From: Marsupella aquatica
Taxonomy: Eukaryota; Plantae; Marchantiophyta
Assembly: GCA_973895155.1 (NCBI GenBank)
Contig: OZ316897.1
Coordinates: 14,507,375 to 14,571,374, forward strand
DNA: 64,000 nucleotides
Direction of reading: 5' to 3'
Below, piece after piece: positions 14,300-26,833 of this stretch. Both the position numbers and the translations under genes were made by a program. Within the stretch, counting starts at the first letter, position 1; each line of letters starts with the position of its first letter. The notes below the pieces were generated by a model. It was not told the origin of the DNA. It saw nothing but the letters and a program-made list of their open reading frames with translations, and did no database searches.

Positions 14300-14512
14300 A
14301 TAGTTGGTGAAACTACTTTTAGTTGGTGGAACTACCATGCGTTGGTGGACCTACTATGCGTTGGTGGACCTACTGTGCGTTGGTAAAACTACTATAGTTG
14401 GTAGAACTACTATGCACTGGTGGACCTACTGTGCATTGGTAGAACTACTATGCGTTGGTGAATATTATTGTAATTGGTGGAACTACTCATATGCATTGGT
14501 GGAACTACTATA
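14300..14512. repeat. 19-20-bp minisatellite
   Basis: About 11 degenerate copies of ttggtggaactactatgcg. Confidence 0.9.
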
Positions 14513-16387
14513 GTCCGTTAATATAGCTAAAGAAGTTTCATAAAGTTTAAATTTAATAATCTAACTACTAAATTACTTATATAATCTATAGCGTATTAAA
14601 ATAAACAATTTTTTATAACTTAAGAGAAAATCACGACAGCGGGGAGTTGAAACCATAGAAATGAGTTCTCTTAGGGCTAGGGATGAGTCGGTTTCATGAG
14701 GCCTGTCAAAAAACTGAGTGCCTGCATGGATGTGTTCAAAATGTCTGGGCCTAAAACCCGTGCGTAGGTCGTCATTGGGCCGTCACTTGTCGTTAAGAAA
14801 AATCTGGCCAAGTGTGGCAAGGGCCAAAGGCAAGGGCGTCGGGCGTTGTTGGGCGAGACGCCAACACAATGACAGTCAATCTCGGGCTGCAAGTCCAGGC
14901 TCCACGTTGGAGGGTCGGGTAGCAACCCAGGCAGCAAACCGGACGGAGGAGTCCAGGCAAGGCAAACGTGAGGGGAGGCCGGAGGGGAGGCCGGAGGGTC
15001 GGGCAGCAAGGAGTCCAGGGGCGACGTCGGGGGGGCCAAGGGTCACGGAGGTGAACCAAAGAGAGGCAAGAGGCAGTCATTGGCTGCAGGGCGTAGTCGT
15101 TGGCTATGGGGTTGAGGCGAGAGGCGAGGGGCCACGGCTTGTTTGGACAACGCTCTCTCGTTAAGGGCATTAGTTAACTATAAGAGCATTTGGGTCAATC
15201 GGAATGTGCCACATCATCACTTTATGTCTCATAATGAGACTATACGGTTTTGAGGTATTCATACGTCATAAGTTTCTAGAATATACAAAGAAGGTACAGT
15301 CATGGTGTGTGTCAGACGATGTGGGGTCCTGTTTATTGTCTTTGCCAGAACATTTCTGGCCTGTTTGTGACAGGCATGCCCTTAACGTTGGCCAATGGGC
15401 TTGTGATGAACCATTACGGATATACGGTCTACCTTATATGCACTAATGGTCCTTCCCAGGACCATTACCCTATACGTTGGGAGCTCCCTCATCGCGAGCA
15501 CGGCCTGGCTACTCCCTTGCAAAGTCGGGTCTGGCTCCTCCCACCCCTTGCGAGACGGTCCTGCCTCCTCCCTCCCTCCTTGCGAGTTGCACCTCCTCCC
15601 TCCCTCCTCGCGCTCCTCCCTTGCTCCTGCTAGTCGGGCCTGGCTCCTTGTCGGGGTGCCTGTCTCCCTCCTGTTCCTCGGGCCACAGGGGCTTGCTTCA
15701 ATGGGGCTCATCTCAATAGGGGCATAGGGGCTCGCCTCCTCGGGCCTGCCTCCCTCCTGCTCCTTGGGCCTTGCTCCATAGAGGCTCGCTGCTGCAGTAT
15801 TCTGCACGACACTGCATTCGCCGCTACATTCCATTTTGTTTTGTCCTATTGCTTCTTCCTTTTGTGGTTTCAATTTTTCTCACCGAAAGCGACACTGCAA
15901 ATTCAAATGATGACCACCACGGGGAAAAAGGGCGCAACCCTTTATTATAGTTTCTAATGTTTTGTATTGATTCACACATCTGCCTACAGTCTAAGCCAGA
16001 TACAACATACAAACAAACTGTATTTACAATAGTCAGACATCTTCAAAATGCTAGCCTTCAATTAGTGTTCATTCATGATTGAATGTTTCACTCTTGTATC
16101 ATAGTAAGATCCTGGGTTCGTAGCCTCCATCATTGGGGGGTTGATTACCAAAAATTGTAGGAATAACGTGTGAGATGAAAACTAGCTAAACTTTAAACAC
16201 CTATAGGAGGTTTAAAAAGTTCATATAAACTCAACTCTATAGAATATTTTTGATATATATATTTTTTATAAAGTCAGGTAATTAGTGAAAATAAATAATA
16301 TTCCTAAAATATTCCTAAAATATTCCTAAAATATTTTATATTATGCTAGGATTGCAAGTGGTATCCCAAATGATACACTGAGTTAAC

Positions 16388-16640
16388 CTCAAGGGTCTCA
16401 CTATATGAAGGCCATGTTTTTAGGCCTCAAACTCCCTAAAATGTAAGGAAAAAAGATTTTAACCCTATAAAGTTTGAATATTCTTAGAGTATTCCAAAAT
16501 TTTGATTAAAAAGACCATAATCTTCTTGTAAGTCTCAAAAGTGTTCTTATCAACAAAAAAATGTTTTCCCTTAGAATCAATAAGCCAACCATATCCTTTG
16601 TGCACGTGATGTGTCATTTTTGTGGAAGTGAAACCCCTCA
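16388..16640. mobile_element. MITE copy 2 (same family as 12573-12866)
   Basis: Runs from ctcaagggtctcactatatg to agtgaaacccct, with internal similarity (ttttaggcctc, ccctaaaatgtaag, taagtctcaaaa, gcacgtgatgt). No clear TSD. Confidence 0.75.
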
Positions 16641-18129
16641 TAGTTGCGGAATCCATTGCCCTAATAGCTCATGTCTCCCCTCTTCATTTGGCCACAATCT
16701 TCATTTTGGTTTTGCAATGAAGATTCTATAGTCACATAACCCTGTTTTGAGTCTTGAACATTAGGGTATTTTCAATCAAAAATAGTTCCCAAATAGATAA
16801 TACTGTCATTTTTGTGTATAGCATAACTATGCACATGCTATTGAGGATCAAGTTTGTATGGACAACCTAAGGTCGTATGGCCCATTGATTCAGCATAATT
16901 GGCCTGGATTTTAGGGGTTTGCGGGGGCTATCTTGCCTGCTTGTCAGATCCTTCCGAAATAGCACCCAATTAGCTTGCGTTAGGGAGTCAAGGCCAAGTA
17001 GACTAACTTGGAGGCTGAGTTTCAAGTGCACTTGGCCCCTAGACTATTAGTTGAGTGAGAACCGTGAATTAGTTGCTAGAGTCAGGGCCATTCCAGTCCT
17101 GACATGTTAGGACCTACGCTAATTTGGGCCATGAGCATGTCTTGGGGGCAAGTAGGTCAGTGAGGACGGATAGGTACGCGAGGGAGTCCGAGCTACACCC
17201 AAAGAGAGACTGTTCCGAATAAACAATGGGTGTAGGTTCTGGCTCTGGCTTATGGCAAGGCCACGCGGGCCATGGAGGACCTATTCATTGACCTATCTAT
17301 TAACGTCTGTTGAGCTGGAGTAAGGATGCTAGTCTTGGAATGCCTAGATCCTTTGGGTTACTTACCGGGGTGTTTGGTTGCCTGTGCAAACAGTGAGGAC
17401 CATGGAGCGACAAACGGGTTAGAGAGCAAGTGCAACTTCGTATGGGAGTGGCTGTCGGGGGTGCCAAATGCATCAAGTTGCTTGCTCAAGGAATTTCGTG
17501 GAGGCGTTCGGGCACCAACAGCACTAAGGCGTGTGTGTCGGGATTGGTGAGGGCGTTGTGGCTAGGTACACCACTCAAAGCCAATTGAGGGATTTTGAGC
17601 TCCTCGGATTTATTGGAAGACCACTTACAACTGATTAACTACGAAAGTGAGGAAGCCCATGCAAAACTTCTGGTTTATTTACTTGCATAAGAAGGAAACT
17701 ATATCAAATACTTAGGATTGCATACTTAGTCTTATTTTAGAAATATGATGTAGAAATGTATTGTGGAAGCAGTACCTCATCCCAAGGAACAACAACCCTA
17801 TGGACCCCTTTGACTCCGCAGATTGCAAGCAAGATTGCAATTACCTATATATGTAGTATGTCCTCCACTCCCAAAGTCAACTTGATCCTTATCCCGAGCT
17901 TTGACCCGACATGTTTCTACATTACATTTGTCTCTATACCCATGCATTGCATAAAATATGTAATCACCTAAATGATGTACTTGTATAAAACAAGTCATTG
18001 CATAAAAGAACCGGGCAGGGTTTCTCATTAAGTCATTCTTGTTTCTGCTCATTTGATCACAAACATTTATACATTCAATCATTCTCATTTACAAGAGGGC
18101 TTAAAACACACGGACACTCTTCTCATTCC

Positions 18130-18280
18130 AGTCATTCAATCATTGTTATTTAATGCACACAATTCTCATTTATGCATAGTTATTATTCTCATTTCCATTA
18201 TTCAATCATTGTTATTTAATGCACACTATTCTCACTTATGCATAGTTATTATGCTCATTCCAATTATTCAATCATTCTTA
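18130..18280. repeat. 66-bp tandem repeat
   Basis: attcaatcattgttatttaatgcacac...ttatgcatagttattat occurs twice, plus a partial copy. Confidence 0.8.
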
Positions 18281-18311
18281 TTAGTGCACGCAATTTTTAT
18301 TTATGCATGGA

Positions 18312-20345
18312 CTAGCTCAATACCTGTGCGTTGCACAAAAGATGTCGTGTCACCCAAGATGTCGTTAAGAAAAAAAAGATGTCGTGTCACCCAAGATGTT
18401 GTTAAGACAAAAAGATGTTGTGTCGCCCAAGATGTCATTAAGAAAAAAATATGCACTGTCGCCCAAGATGTCGTTAAGATTTTGTGCTGCCCAAGATGTC
18501 ATTAAGGAAAAAAGGTGTAGTGTCGCCCAAGGTGTCGTTAAGAAAAAAGATGTCGTGTCACCCAAGATGTCATTGAGAAAGAAAATGTCGTGTCGCCGAA
18601 GATGTCCTGAAGAAAACTAATGTCGTGTCGCCAAGGTGTCATTCAGAAAAAAGATGTTGTGTCACCCAAGATGTTGTTAAGAAAAAAATGTCGTGGCACC
18701 CAAGATGTACTTAAGAAAAAAGATGTTGTGTCACCCAAGATGTCGTTAATAAAAAAGATGTTGTGGCACCCAAGATGTTGTTAAGAGAAAAGCTGTCGTT
18801 AAGTAGAAACGATGTTGTTAAGACAAAAGTTGCACAAAAGATGGTGTGGTGAGAAACAGTAGTTGAAGTGAGAAAAAGATGTCAAGGGAGAGGAAAGATG
18901 TCGAGGTGAGAAAAGATGTCAAGGCAAGGAGAAGATGTCGAGGTGAACAAAGATGTTGATGAGAAAATTAAAGAAGTTGAGCAAAAAATATGTCAAGGAG
19001 AGAAAAGATGGCAATGTGAGAAAAATATGTGGAGATAAGGGAAAGATGTTGTGGTGAGATAAAAATGTGAAAGGGAGGAAAAGGTCAGATGTTGAGGTGA
19101 AAAAAATGTCAATTCAATGAGAAAAAGAGGTCATGTTGAGGTGAGGCAAAGAAGTCAAGGTGAAAAAAAGATGTCCAGGAGAGAAAACATGGCGAGGTGA
19201 GAAAAAGATGTAAAGATGAGAAAAAAATGTTGAGGAGAGAAAAGATGTTGAGGGTGAGGGAAAGATGTTGCGGTGAGAGAAAGATGGTAAGGTGAGAAAA
19301 AGATAAGATGTCGATGTGAGAAAAGATGTTGAGGTGAGGAAAAGATGTCGAGTCAAATGATAAAATATATGGAGGAGAGAAACAAAAATCAAGGACCTAA
19401 AAGATGTCGAGTCAGATGAGAAAATATATGGAGGAAAGAAACAAAATCAAGGACCTAACAGATGTTGAGTCAGATGAGAAAATATATGGAGGAAAGAAAC
19501 AAATCAAGGACCTAAAAGATGTCGAGGGTGAGAAAAAAATTGTCTTGGTGAGATAATGATGTAAATGTGAGGCAAGATTAGAGATGTCAACTGAAGGCAA
19601 GGTAGAGTTGTTGTCGTGGTGTTCAACAACTCATGCATTGGCACATAGAAATTGGAGACGCGAGATAATGGTCACTGTAGCATAGAGTCCAAGCACAACC
19701 GAATGATACCAAAAAAATAGTTTTAATTTTTTTTTAGAGAAATCAATATTGTATACCAAAACTTTAAGGCTAATATCCAATTCTTTAAAACTAAATTTTA
19801 ATAATTAGTCTTTAATTAATATTGAATAAATTTGTTATCTTTGTCAAATTTGGGGGTAGGCTAGGGGTAGCGTGGTTAGCTTGGGGCAGAGGTAATTGAG
19901 ATTAATAGGGGTATGGATGGATCCGGCGGTTACAAAAAAAACAAATTTTCAACTAAGGGCTAAGATTTGTTCCCATTTTTTCTTGAGTTTGTAAATGTAC
20001 CCTTTCTACAGTAAATGGTATTATAGTGACTTACAGTGCACTCAATATTGTTTTCTTGTGTATCTTTGATGGTACAGTCAGGTTTCTCCTTGATACTCGT
20101 GCGTACAATAGTTTTCTAGAGTAAATGGTATTATAGTTACAATGAGTTAGTTTCATTTTTGTCTTTTGTCTCCACCATTTGATTCCCTTTTGTGTGAAAA
20201 ATTTACTGTACTTTTGGTCCACTGTATATTTAATTCGATTTTGGTTTTATCGCTTGTGTCTATTGATTACCTTTTTTTGTTGGCACAGCATTTTTGAATG
20301 ACTGACCACGGGAAAAAAAGCGCAACAGTGTATTATAGTTTAGGA
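18312..20345 (-). mobile_element. Non-autonomous Helitron copy 2 (2.03 kb)
   Basis: On the minus strand: A|TCctaaactataatac ... tgtgcaacgcaca (hairpin) ggtattgagCTAG|T. These are canonical TC and CTAG ends at an A|T target, with no TSD and no RepHel ORF. Confidence 0.85.
18338..19530. repeat. Compound satellite inside Helitron 2 (36-bp, ~19-bp and ~58-bp units)
   Basis: 36-bp units at ~18338-18800, aaaagatgtcgaggtgaga-like units at ~18860-19350 and three ~58-bp units at ~19345-19525. All share an AAGATGTYG core. Confidence 0.88.
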
Positions 20346-21009
20346 TATTGTTCTCATTGCATCACCCAGAGCATAGTGCAAAATAATCAGAAACCCCACC
20401 ATTTGGTGTAGAAAATGTAGCAACTAACCTTGTACTTGTAGTTGTACAGCTCATGTGCAATGACTGGTTTTTTGTTGCACCTTGGAGGGTAAAAAATGGA
20501 GGATTTGATGCCTTCCAGCAAATGATGTCCTCTGGTGTGAACTATGAATGATGTGTGTGGATAGTACATTCAAGGCACTGGCAAAATTTTCATGTCTGAG
20601 GTTTGCATTGCCATTGCATGAACAAAATCTCCATGCCAGAGACTACTACTCACATGTCATACTGGCCGCATTGGCAATGGAGTGCTCACAGTATGTATCA
20701 AGGCAGAGTGCGGAAAAGTGCATATCAATGATATCCCAGTGCAGTCCGTGGATAAGCGCTGGCTGGTTGTGTCTTCCCAGGAGCCTGCACTTAGACACAC
20801 TCACTGTATTAAAAGAATGCAATTCCAAGATGTGGTCATTGCGAAAAGCATTGGTGGAGAAGAATGCATGGTCAATTTTTGGTCAGTAGGAAGTCCCTAT
20901 GTCCCTACTTTTACCAGAAATTAGTAAACTCCTTTTAGACCTTGAACTGTCTTCAGATCTGTTTCCAAGAGCATTAACTGCAGTAATGGGGGGTCTTAAA
21001 CCTCCAAAC

Positions 21010-21212
21010 TTTATAGACCTTAACTTAGTACTTTAGTTAAGGGTTAATGCACAAAAAGTTATAGACTACCAAATTCATAGTCCACAAGTTTTTGCCATAA
21101 AGACTAGTCATCTGCCATCATGTCCAAAACCACACTGGAGGCTAGTGAAAAAAAACCTATAAGACTGATCGTCTGGGCCATGACCAAAAGCACTCTATAG
21201 ACTACTGTAGTG
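21010..21212 (-). mobile_element. Possible CACTA (En/Spm) terminus with subterminal repeats
   Basis: The minus strand starts CACTACAGTAG at 21212, followed by several tatagac/ataagact-like motifs. The partner end was not found. Confidence 0.4.
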
Positions 21213-21322
21213 AAAAACAAAAAAAATCTAGAAAAACAACATTTATTAGACAACCATATGACAAAACATCAAACTAACTTTGAAGTTTTGAGACTCCCTA
21301 TTAGACCCCTCCAAGTGTGGTT

Positions 21323-21404
21323 TGTAGGGAGCATTATGGTACAGAATCCACTGTTTATCTACTTTACCATATTGGTAGGGGATTCTGTACCATATGCCCC
21401 TACA
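21323..21404. other. Inverted repeat / hairpin (about 25-bp stem, 30-nt loop)
   Basis: tgtagggagcattatggtacagaatcc pairs with ggattctgtaccatatgcccctaca, with two single-base bulges. Confidence 0.8.
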
Positions 21405-21892
21405 TGAATCCCATGTTTGAGGCAGAGGAAGGAACGCCTGGACCTTCCTGTCAAAGAGTACGTAACTCAGGAACATTGTGTCACGTGAAGACACCAAGAA
21501 GGGAATCAGGTACGCCTACTCTACCACATCGAAGAAGTTGCGCACGCATGGACATGGAGAAGCATGCTAGCGTGAGGATTCTGATTTCTGAGATCTGATC
21601 TCAAGCTCGGCAGCTCACCTTGTCCGCTCCCAGATTCTGACAAGTCTTGCATTGTGAGGAGTAGTATAAATGTTGAACAATCTCAGCTGCACTTTCATAG
21701 TTGACAGGTTGGGCCATCGGTTCGACGATTATTTGAAAGAAGACCATCGAGGCACTCGGAAGCGTCGATTATTACCTGGATTTTGTGATTATCTGGCTGA
21801 TCGATAGCAGAGCAGTTTGGACCACAAGACTCTTCGATTTGTAGTGACTCCACCCTTTTGAAGCGGTGCTCGTGGAAAGGCAAGACATCATC

Positions 21893-23914
21893 ATGGGCTC
21901 GACGTAAGTTGATCGATCTAACAATAATTTTGACTTGCAGAATTGTATATGAGTATTGTGACTGTTAGTTCTGGAGTGCTAAGGACATTTGAGGAGATGT
22001 AAACTTGCCTCTGGGAAATCTCCCGTCTTTTAGTATCAAAATGGGTCGATACTAGGTTGCGTTTAAAGTCTTTCCGATTGGGAATTAGTTTGGAGAGGGA
22101 TGGCATGGTATATTCTGGTGGACTGCGGAATACGTGGTCATCATATGCCATCGATTGATCACGTGCAGATTTCCATAAGAACATGAAATTCTAGCAGAAG
22201 TAATTGTAATACCTTGCCACATTTCTCTTACAATTCATTTGCATGATTTCATAAACAGTTTCGGGTGACGTATTTGCTATCATTGGACTTTTTTCAGAGA
22301 TTGGTGGTCGAAGGACACTATTGTTGTAGTGACAGGAGCTAATAAGGGTATAGGATACGAGATGGTCCGACAGCTTGCTCAGAAAGGACTTACAGTAGTT
22401 TTGACAGCGCGAGACCAATCTAGGGGTCAAGCCGCCTTGAATGCGCTGAAGGCTGAGGGACTGGAACATATCTGGTTTCATCAATTGGACGTCGAAAGCC
22501 CACAGTCAGTGCAGGCTTTAGCGAAATGGTTGGGAAGCAAGTTTGGTGGAATCGACATCCTGGTGAGCGTCTGGTATTCCGTCTTGGAATTGATGACTTC
22601 TAGCTTCTAAGTTTGTAAATCTCTCAGGACCGGCTCCGACTAATGATAAGTCGACATGTAGACTCTTTTGGCATGTGAAGCTCAAGGTCCTTGTTGTCAT
22701 TGCTGATGGGTAACATCATCCGAATGCTTCAATCGCCAATCTTCCACATGAAATCCAGTTGTTCAAACGAGCCACAGTTACTTCATTATCGTGATAATAC
22801 CGACTTTGATACCCGGCTAACCAGGTTTTGAGATGTAGTATGAGACAGATTTTGACATAGTAAAGTACTTTCTCTCTGAGTGGATTTGGATGAAATTGAA
22901 TGCCAATTCTGGGGTCCGGTGTCCATCAATGATTGAATTGCTCAAACTCGCATCCTATCTTGGAAACACAAAACTCTATTCTCCTTGTTTAGGAAGTGAA
23001 ATAAATTGCAGATCGGAAGGTTTTACTATAGCAGATGCCCGATTGATTTTCAAATCTGACGCGGTAGAAATTATGGCTTCTGTTGTCCAGATGAACAACG
23101 CCGGAATCAACGAGGGACCAAACGGTAGAGATCTGGACTATGAAAATGCGAAGGCAATGATCGCGACCAACTACTACGGTGTTAAAAATGTGACGGAAGG
23201 GTTGTTGCCACTTCTGCGAGCGTCTCCTGCTGGAGCACGCATTGTGAACGTCAGTTCCCGCCTGGGTTTATACAACGTAAGTGAATCAATAACTCGTTAC
23301 CAACTCAACCCGTCGCTGGGTGGAACGAAATTGAGATGCGGTTAGCAAATGCATAATATGGAAAATGCGCCTGATAATTCATGGACAGCTTCCATAAATC
23401 TCAGCTCTGGTTAACAAGGTGCATGTAATCCGTCTGTGTGTATTCAGCGGTTCAGGTCACAAGCCCTGAAGAATGTGTTCAAAGACGAGGACGGATATAC
23501 CAAAGAAATGATCGACTCGCTGGCTGTGAAGTATTTGCAAGACGTGAAGGCAGGACGCGTGGATGAGGAAGGGTGGATAGAAAGCACTGGACCCATGTAC
23601 AGTGAATCGAAGATATTTATGAGCGCCTACGCAATTGTGATGGCCAAATCTCTTTCGAAGTTGCAACCAGAGAGGACCACCAAATAATGGTCTCGACCTT
23701 CTGTCCAGGAGTTACCCTGACAGACATGTTCACTAGTGCTGTCAAGAGCGGATTTGAAGCACCCGAGCGTTTTACCATAAAGACCATTGTGGAGGGAGCC
23801 GACACCGGTGTGTGGCTGGCTCTGCTTCCAAAAGAAGAGTTGGCCCCGAAGAATGGAAAGTTCTTCGGCGAGAGACAGGAGTATCTCTTTGGCTGGGAAA
23901 ACCCAGGCTTCTAA
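21893..23914 (+). pseudogene. Carbonyl reductase / neomenthol-dehydrogenase-type SDR, frameshifted in the last exon
   Basis: Exons 21893-21903, 22298-22562, 23091-23276, 23448-23914. Motifs TGANKGIG, NNAG, NYYG, NVSS and YSESK are present. An extra AG at ~23670 gives PERTTK* instead of PEDHQIMV. Confidence 0.85.
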
Positions 23915-24601
23915 TTCTTATAGCTCTTCTAGTCCTTCGAGTAGGTCCAATGTCTTGATCTGCAATCGTGAACTTGAGAAGTTCCCCGGCCAATGTTTGG
24001 GCAGGCGATTCTTCATGGATCGTTACTGTCCTGACTCTATTAAAGACAATATAACTGACTTAATTGTTGTAAATGGGAAACACACACACACCTATGATGC
24101 ATTGAATCGAACGACTGCGCAATGACCACGAAATTACTGTCGTGCACATCATGAGGCCAATATTTGGGCAAACGATCATACTGTCATGACATTATTGAAA
24201 TAAATGTAACTGACTACATCCTTTTAAAAGAGGAAGATACCTTCAATGCTGTTTCCAGTCGAAGTGCTCAGTGACTAGAAACTGCTCATTCTACATGTCG
24301 ACAAAGTAGCATTTGACTCACATTTTCACACAAACTAATGATGAGCCACACTAGAACTCTCTAGAAACGGCGATAGTCAGATGCATCCGCATCTGAAAAA
24401 TGACCTCATCCTCTCGAGCAACTTATTTAACGGTTTGTAGCTAATCAAGGCTACAATTTCTTAACCGGGAGCACAGTTGAGAGGTCTTACTTGCCTCTAC
24501 AGTCGTAAGACAACTTATTAATCATTTATTGCCAAGGAAGAAAACGAGCATATCACTATCCCTCCGAGTGTGAAACCTCTCGGTTGACATATTTGGAAGT
24601 A

Positions 24602-26833
24602 TTATGATTCCCAGTCAAAACACCACTCCGCTCTGTTCCCAAAGAATTTTCCATTTTTCTCGGCCAAGTCTTCCTTGGGAAGCAGTGCCAACCAGACTCC
24701 GGTATCAGCTCCTTGTGCTGGAGTCTTCGGCTGCAACCCGGGTGGTAGTTCAACAAAGCCGAACTTACCTGCTTCAAGCATCAAATCTGTTTGGGTAAAT
24801 CCTGGACTGTATGCGGCCACCAATATTTGGTGATCCTCCGCCTGCAACTTCGAAAGAGCTTTCGCCAAGACCATGGTGTAGGCGTTGAGAAACATCTTGG
24901 ACTCGCTGTACATGGGAAACTTCCCTCCATTCTCTACCCACCCTTCCTCGTCCCATTTCCCTGTTCTGACGTCGTCCAGATATTTCTTAGCCACAGAGTC
25001 GATCCGTTCCGCAGTGTAGTTCTCCTCGTCTCTAAATGTCTGCTTTAGTTTCTCAGACCTCAAGCGCTGGAAAAGCAAGGAGCGCCAGTTTAGCTACGAT
25101 ACGCCCAGTGAATCCGAACTTGGACTACAGTTTTTAAAGATCACTCCAGATTGCAGTTGAAAATATTCCAAACAACCAAAAATTCAGTTTGCAGCGTTTC
25201 AACACTCTCATCAATTCCAAATTAGAGTAATCCAGAATTTCTAGCGGACTACACAACATTTAACTAGTAGATCATGACATAGCAAGCAATGAAGTCTGGT
25301 CTAGTGAGTTTTGTTAAGAATCTTCTACAGTACCTCATACAGGCCCATTCGAGAAGTCACGTTCACAATGCGTGCCGCAGTCGGAGATGATCGCAGCAAT
25401 GGCAATAACGCCTCCGTTACATTTTTCACACCGTAGTAGTTGGTCTCTAAGATATCCTCCGCATTTCCATACTCTACGGTACTACCAGTGCCAGTTGACC
25501 CGGTAACTATTGCGGCATTGTTTACCTGTACATTTCCACAATACAGATAACATAATTAGATGAATTCCATCCGCCTACCTACTTCAGTATCTATCAGCAA
25601 GAAGATGCCACGCTCAAGTAGACAAAGTATTGAAAGTTTGAGCTGACTCTGCTGAATTTGATCGCTTGATGCGATCGTCAAGTAATGCTCTTTCTGCTGT
25701 TCTCGACAAGCGCTAGCTAGAGGTAACTATATGTTTAATTCTGGTCCCAATCAATACACCTAAGGAGGAACAGAGGTGAATTGGCGTACCCAGCTCCAGA
25801 ATTATGGTAAACTTCAGCCAAACCATCAGTTCTACAGACTATCTTGAAGAAATACTCGGTTGAAAGCAGTAACGAGATACAATTTGTCCAGATAGCTGAC
25901 TCCAATCGATATTTAATCTCGGTAATTGCAAGATGGTGAGTGATCAAGAAAAGACTACCCACGAAAGGGGAATGACCTGATTACGGGAAACGTACACCGT
26001 AGTCCGATAGGGAGCAGAAAAACATAGAAGTTATCCAAGAAAGGAAAGGAAATAAAGGCTCGACAGTGTCAATCCACTTTAGCCGGGCAGTCAGTCACAC
26101 TTACAAGGATGTCGATTCCACCAAACGTTGTCTTCAGCCATTTGGCCAGGATCTCCACTGATTCTGAGCTTCGGACGTCAAGCGGGTGGAAGTGGATGGA
26201 TTTCTGCCCATCTGCCTTGAGGGCATCCATGGCGGCTTGCGCTCTACCTAGGTGTCTTGCTGTTAGGACAACTGTCAACCCTTGCTGAGCAAGGAGGCGA
26301 ACAATCTCGTAACCAACCCCCTTATTTGCTCCAGTAACCACAGCTACGGTGTCCTTGGACCACCAGGGTCTATCAACAAACAAACCCACATGAGAACAAG
26401 TATAAGGCTATGCAGTATCAGAAAAGCTTCACCACGGCACGGACTGTCACATATCTCTGCTATAACCTCGAAATTGCAATTAATCACCGAACAATCCTTG
26501 CATGGTCCTTAAATCTTGGCCCACGTTAGACGACCAGCATGCGTTAGAGGGATTGCCGGAATAGCTCCCCTGTTTCCATCTGCAAAAGCAAATTCTACCG
26601 ACTTTCCACTTGACAGACTCGTGAGCCAGGACCTTTAAGTAAGATCCAAAGACACTGTCTAACGTACCCGCCCAAACGCCCCAAGACTGATCATGGCCAC
26701 CGGATTCTTTACGAGAGCATCTCAGTACTCGAGATCAGCATTCTAAAAACCGAATTAACGAATGAATGAATGACTTTAACCCAGAGCTTGACTGGAGAGC
26801 TTGCTGATGCACTTACGGCGACGTGGAAGCCAT
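24602..26833 (-). CDS. Carbonyl reductase / neomenthol-dehydrogenase-type SDR, intact paralogue
   Basis: Exons 26833-26817, 26369-26105, 25525-25334, 25066-24602. Motifs TGANKGVG, NNAA, NYYG, YSESK and GADTGVWLALLP are present. Intron positions match the + strand copy (both exon 2 = 265 bp). Confidence 0.92.

Larger units (their letters stand above)
11708..15957 (-). mobile_element. Non-autonomous Helitron copy 1, with nested insertions
   Basis: On the minus strand the 3' end reads gtgcaacgcac (hairpin) ... gagtattgagCTAG|T. The 5' end reads A|TTagaaactataataaagggttgcgcc and matches the 5' end of copy 2, with TC decayed to TT. Confidence 0.7.
9700..20900 (-). pseudogene. Decayed multi-exon gene of unknown type, split by nested insertions
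   Basis: Exon-like blocks with AG/GT ends at ~20900-20430, 18050-17980, 17915-17775, 11150-10983, 10873-10684 and 10125-9730. Several frames stay open except for TAG/TAA stops. The product is not recognised. Confidence 0.3.

Noticed and set aside
14630-14675. B-box-like GGTTTCAACTCC on the minus strand (tRNA or SINE)
   Set aside because: No A-box or cloverleaf could be built.
14677-15873. GC-rich overlapping ORFs of 80-163 aa
   Set aside because: Low-complexity sequence inside a Helitron, open on both strands, with no recognisable domain.
18338-19530. Regular repeat arrays suggestive of CRISPR
   Set aside because: Eukaryotic context, degenerate head-to-tail units with no unique spacers, and no cas genes.
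6842-21212. CACTACAGTAG at 6842 is an inverted match to the terminus at 21212
   Set aside because: It lies in an intron of the intact pTAC5 gene, the flanks (ttg vs aaa) give no 3-bp TSD, and it has no subterminal repeats; likely chance.
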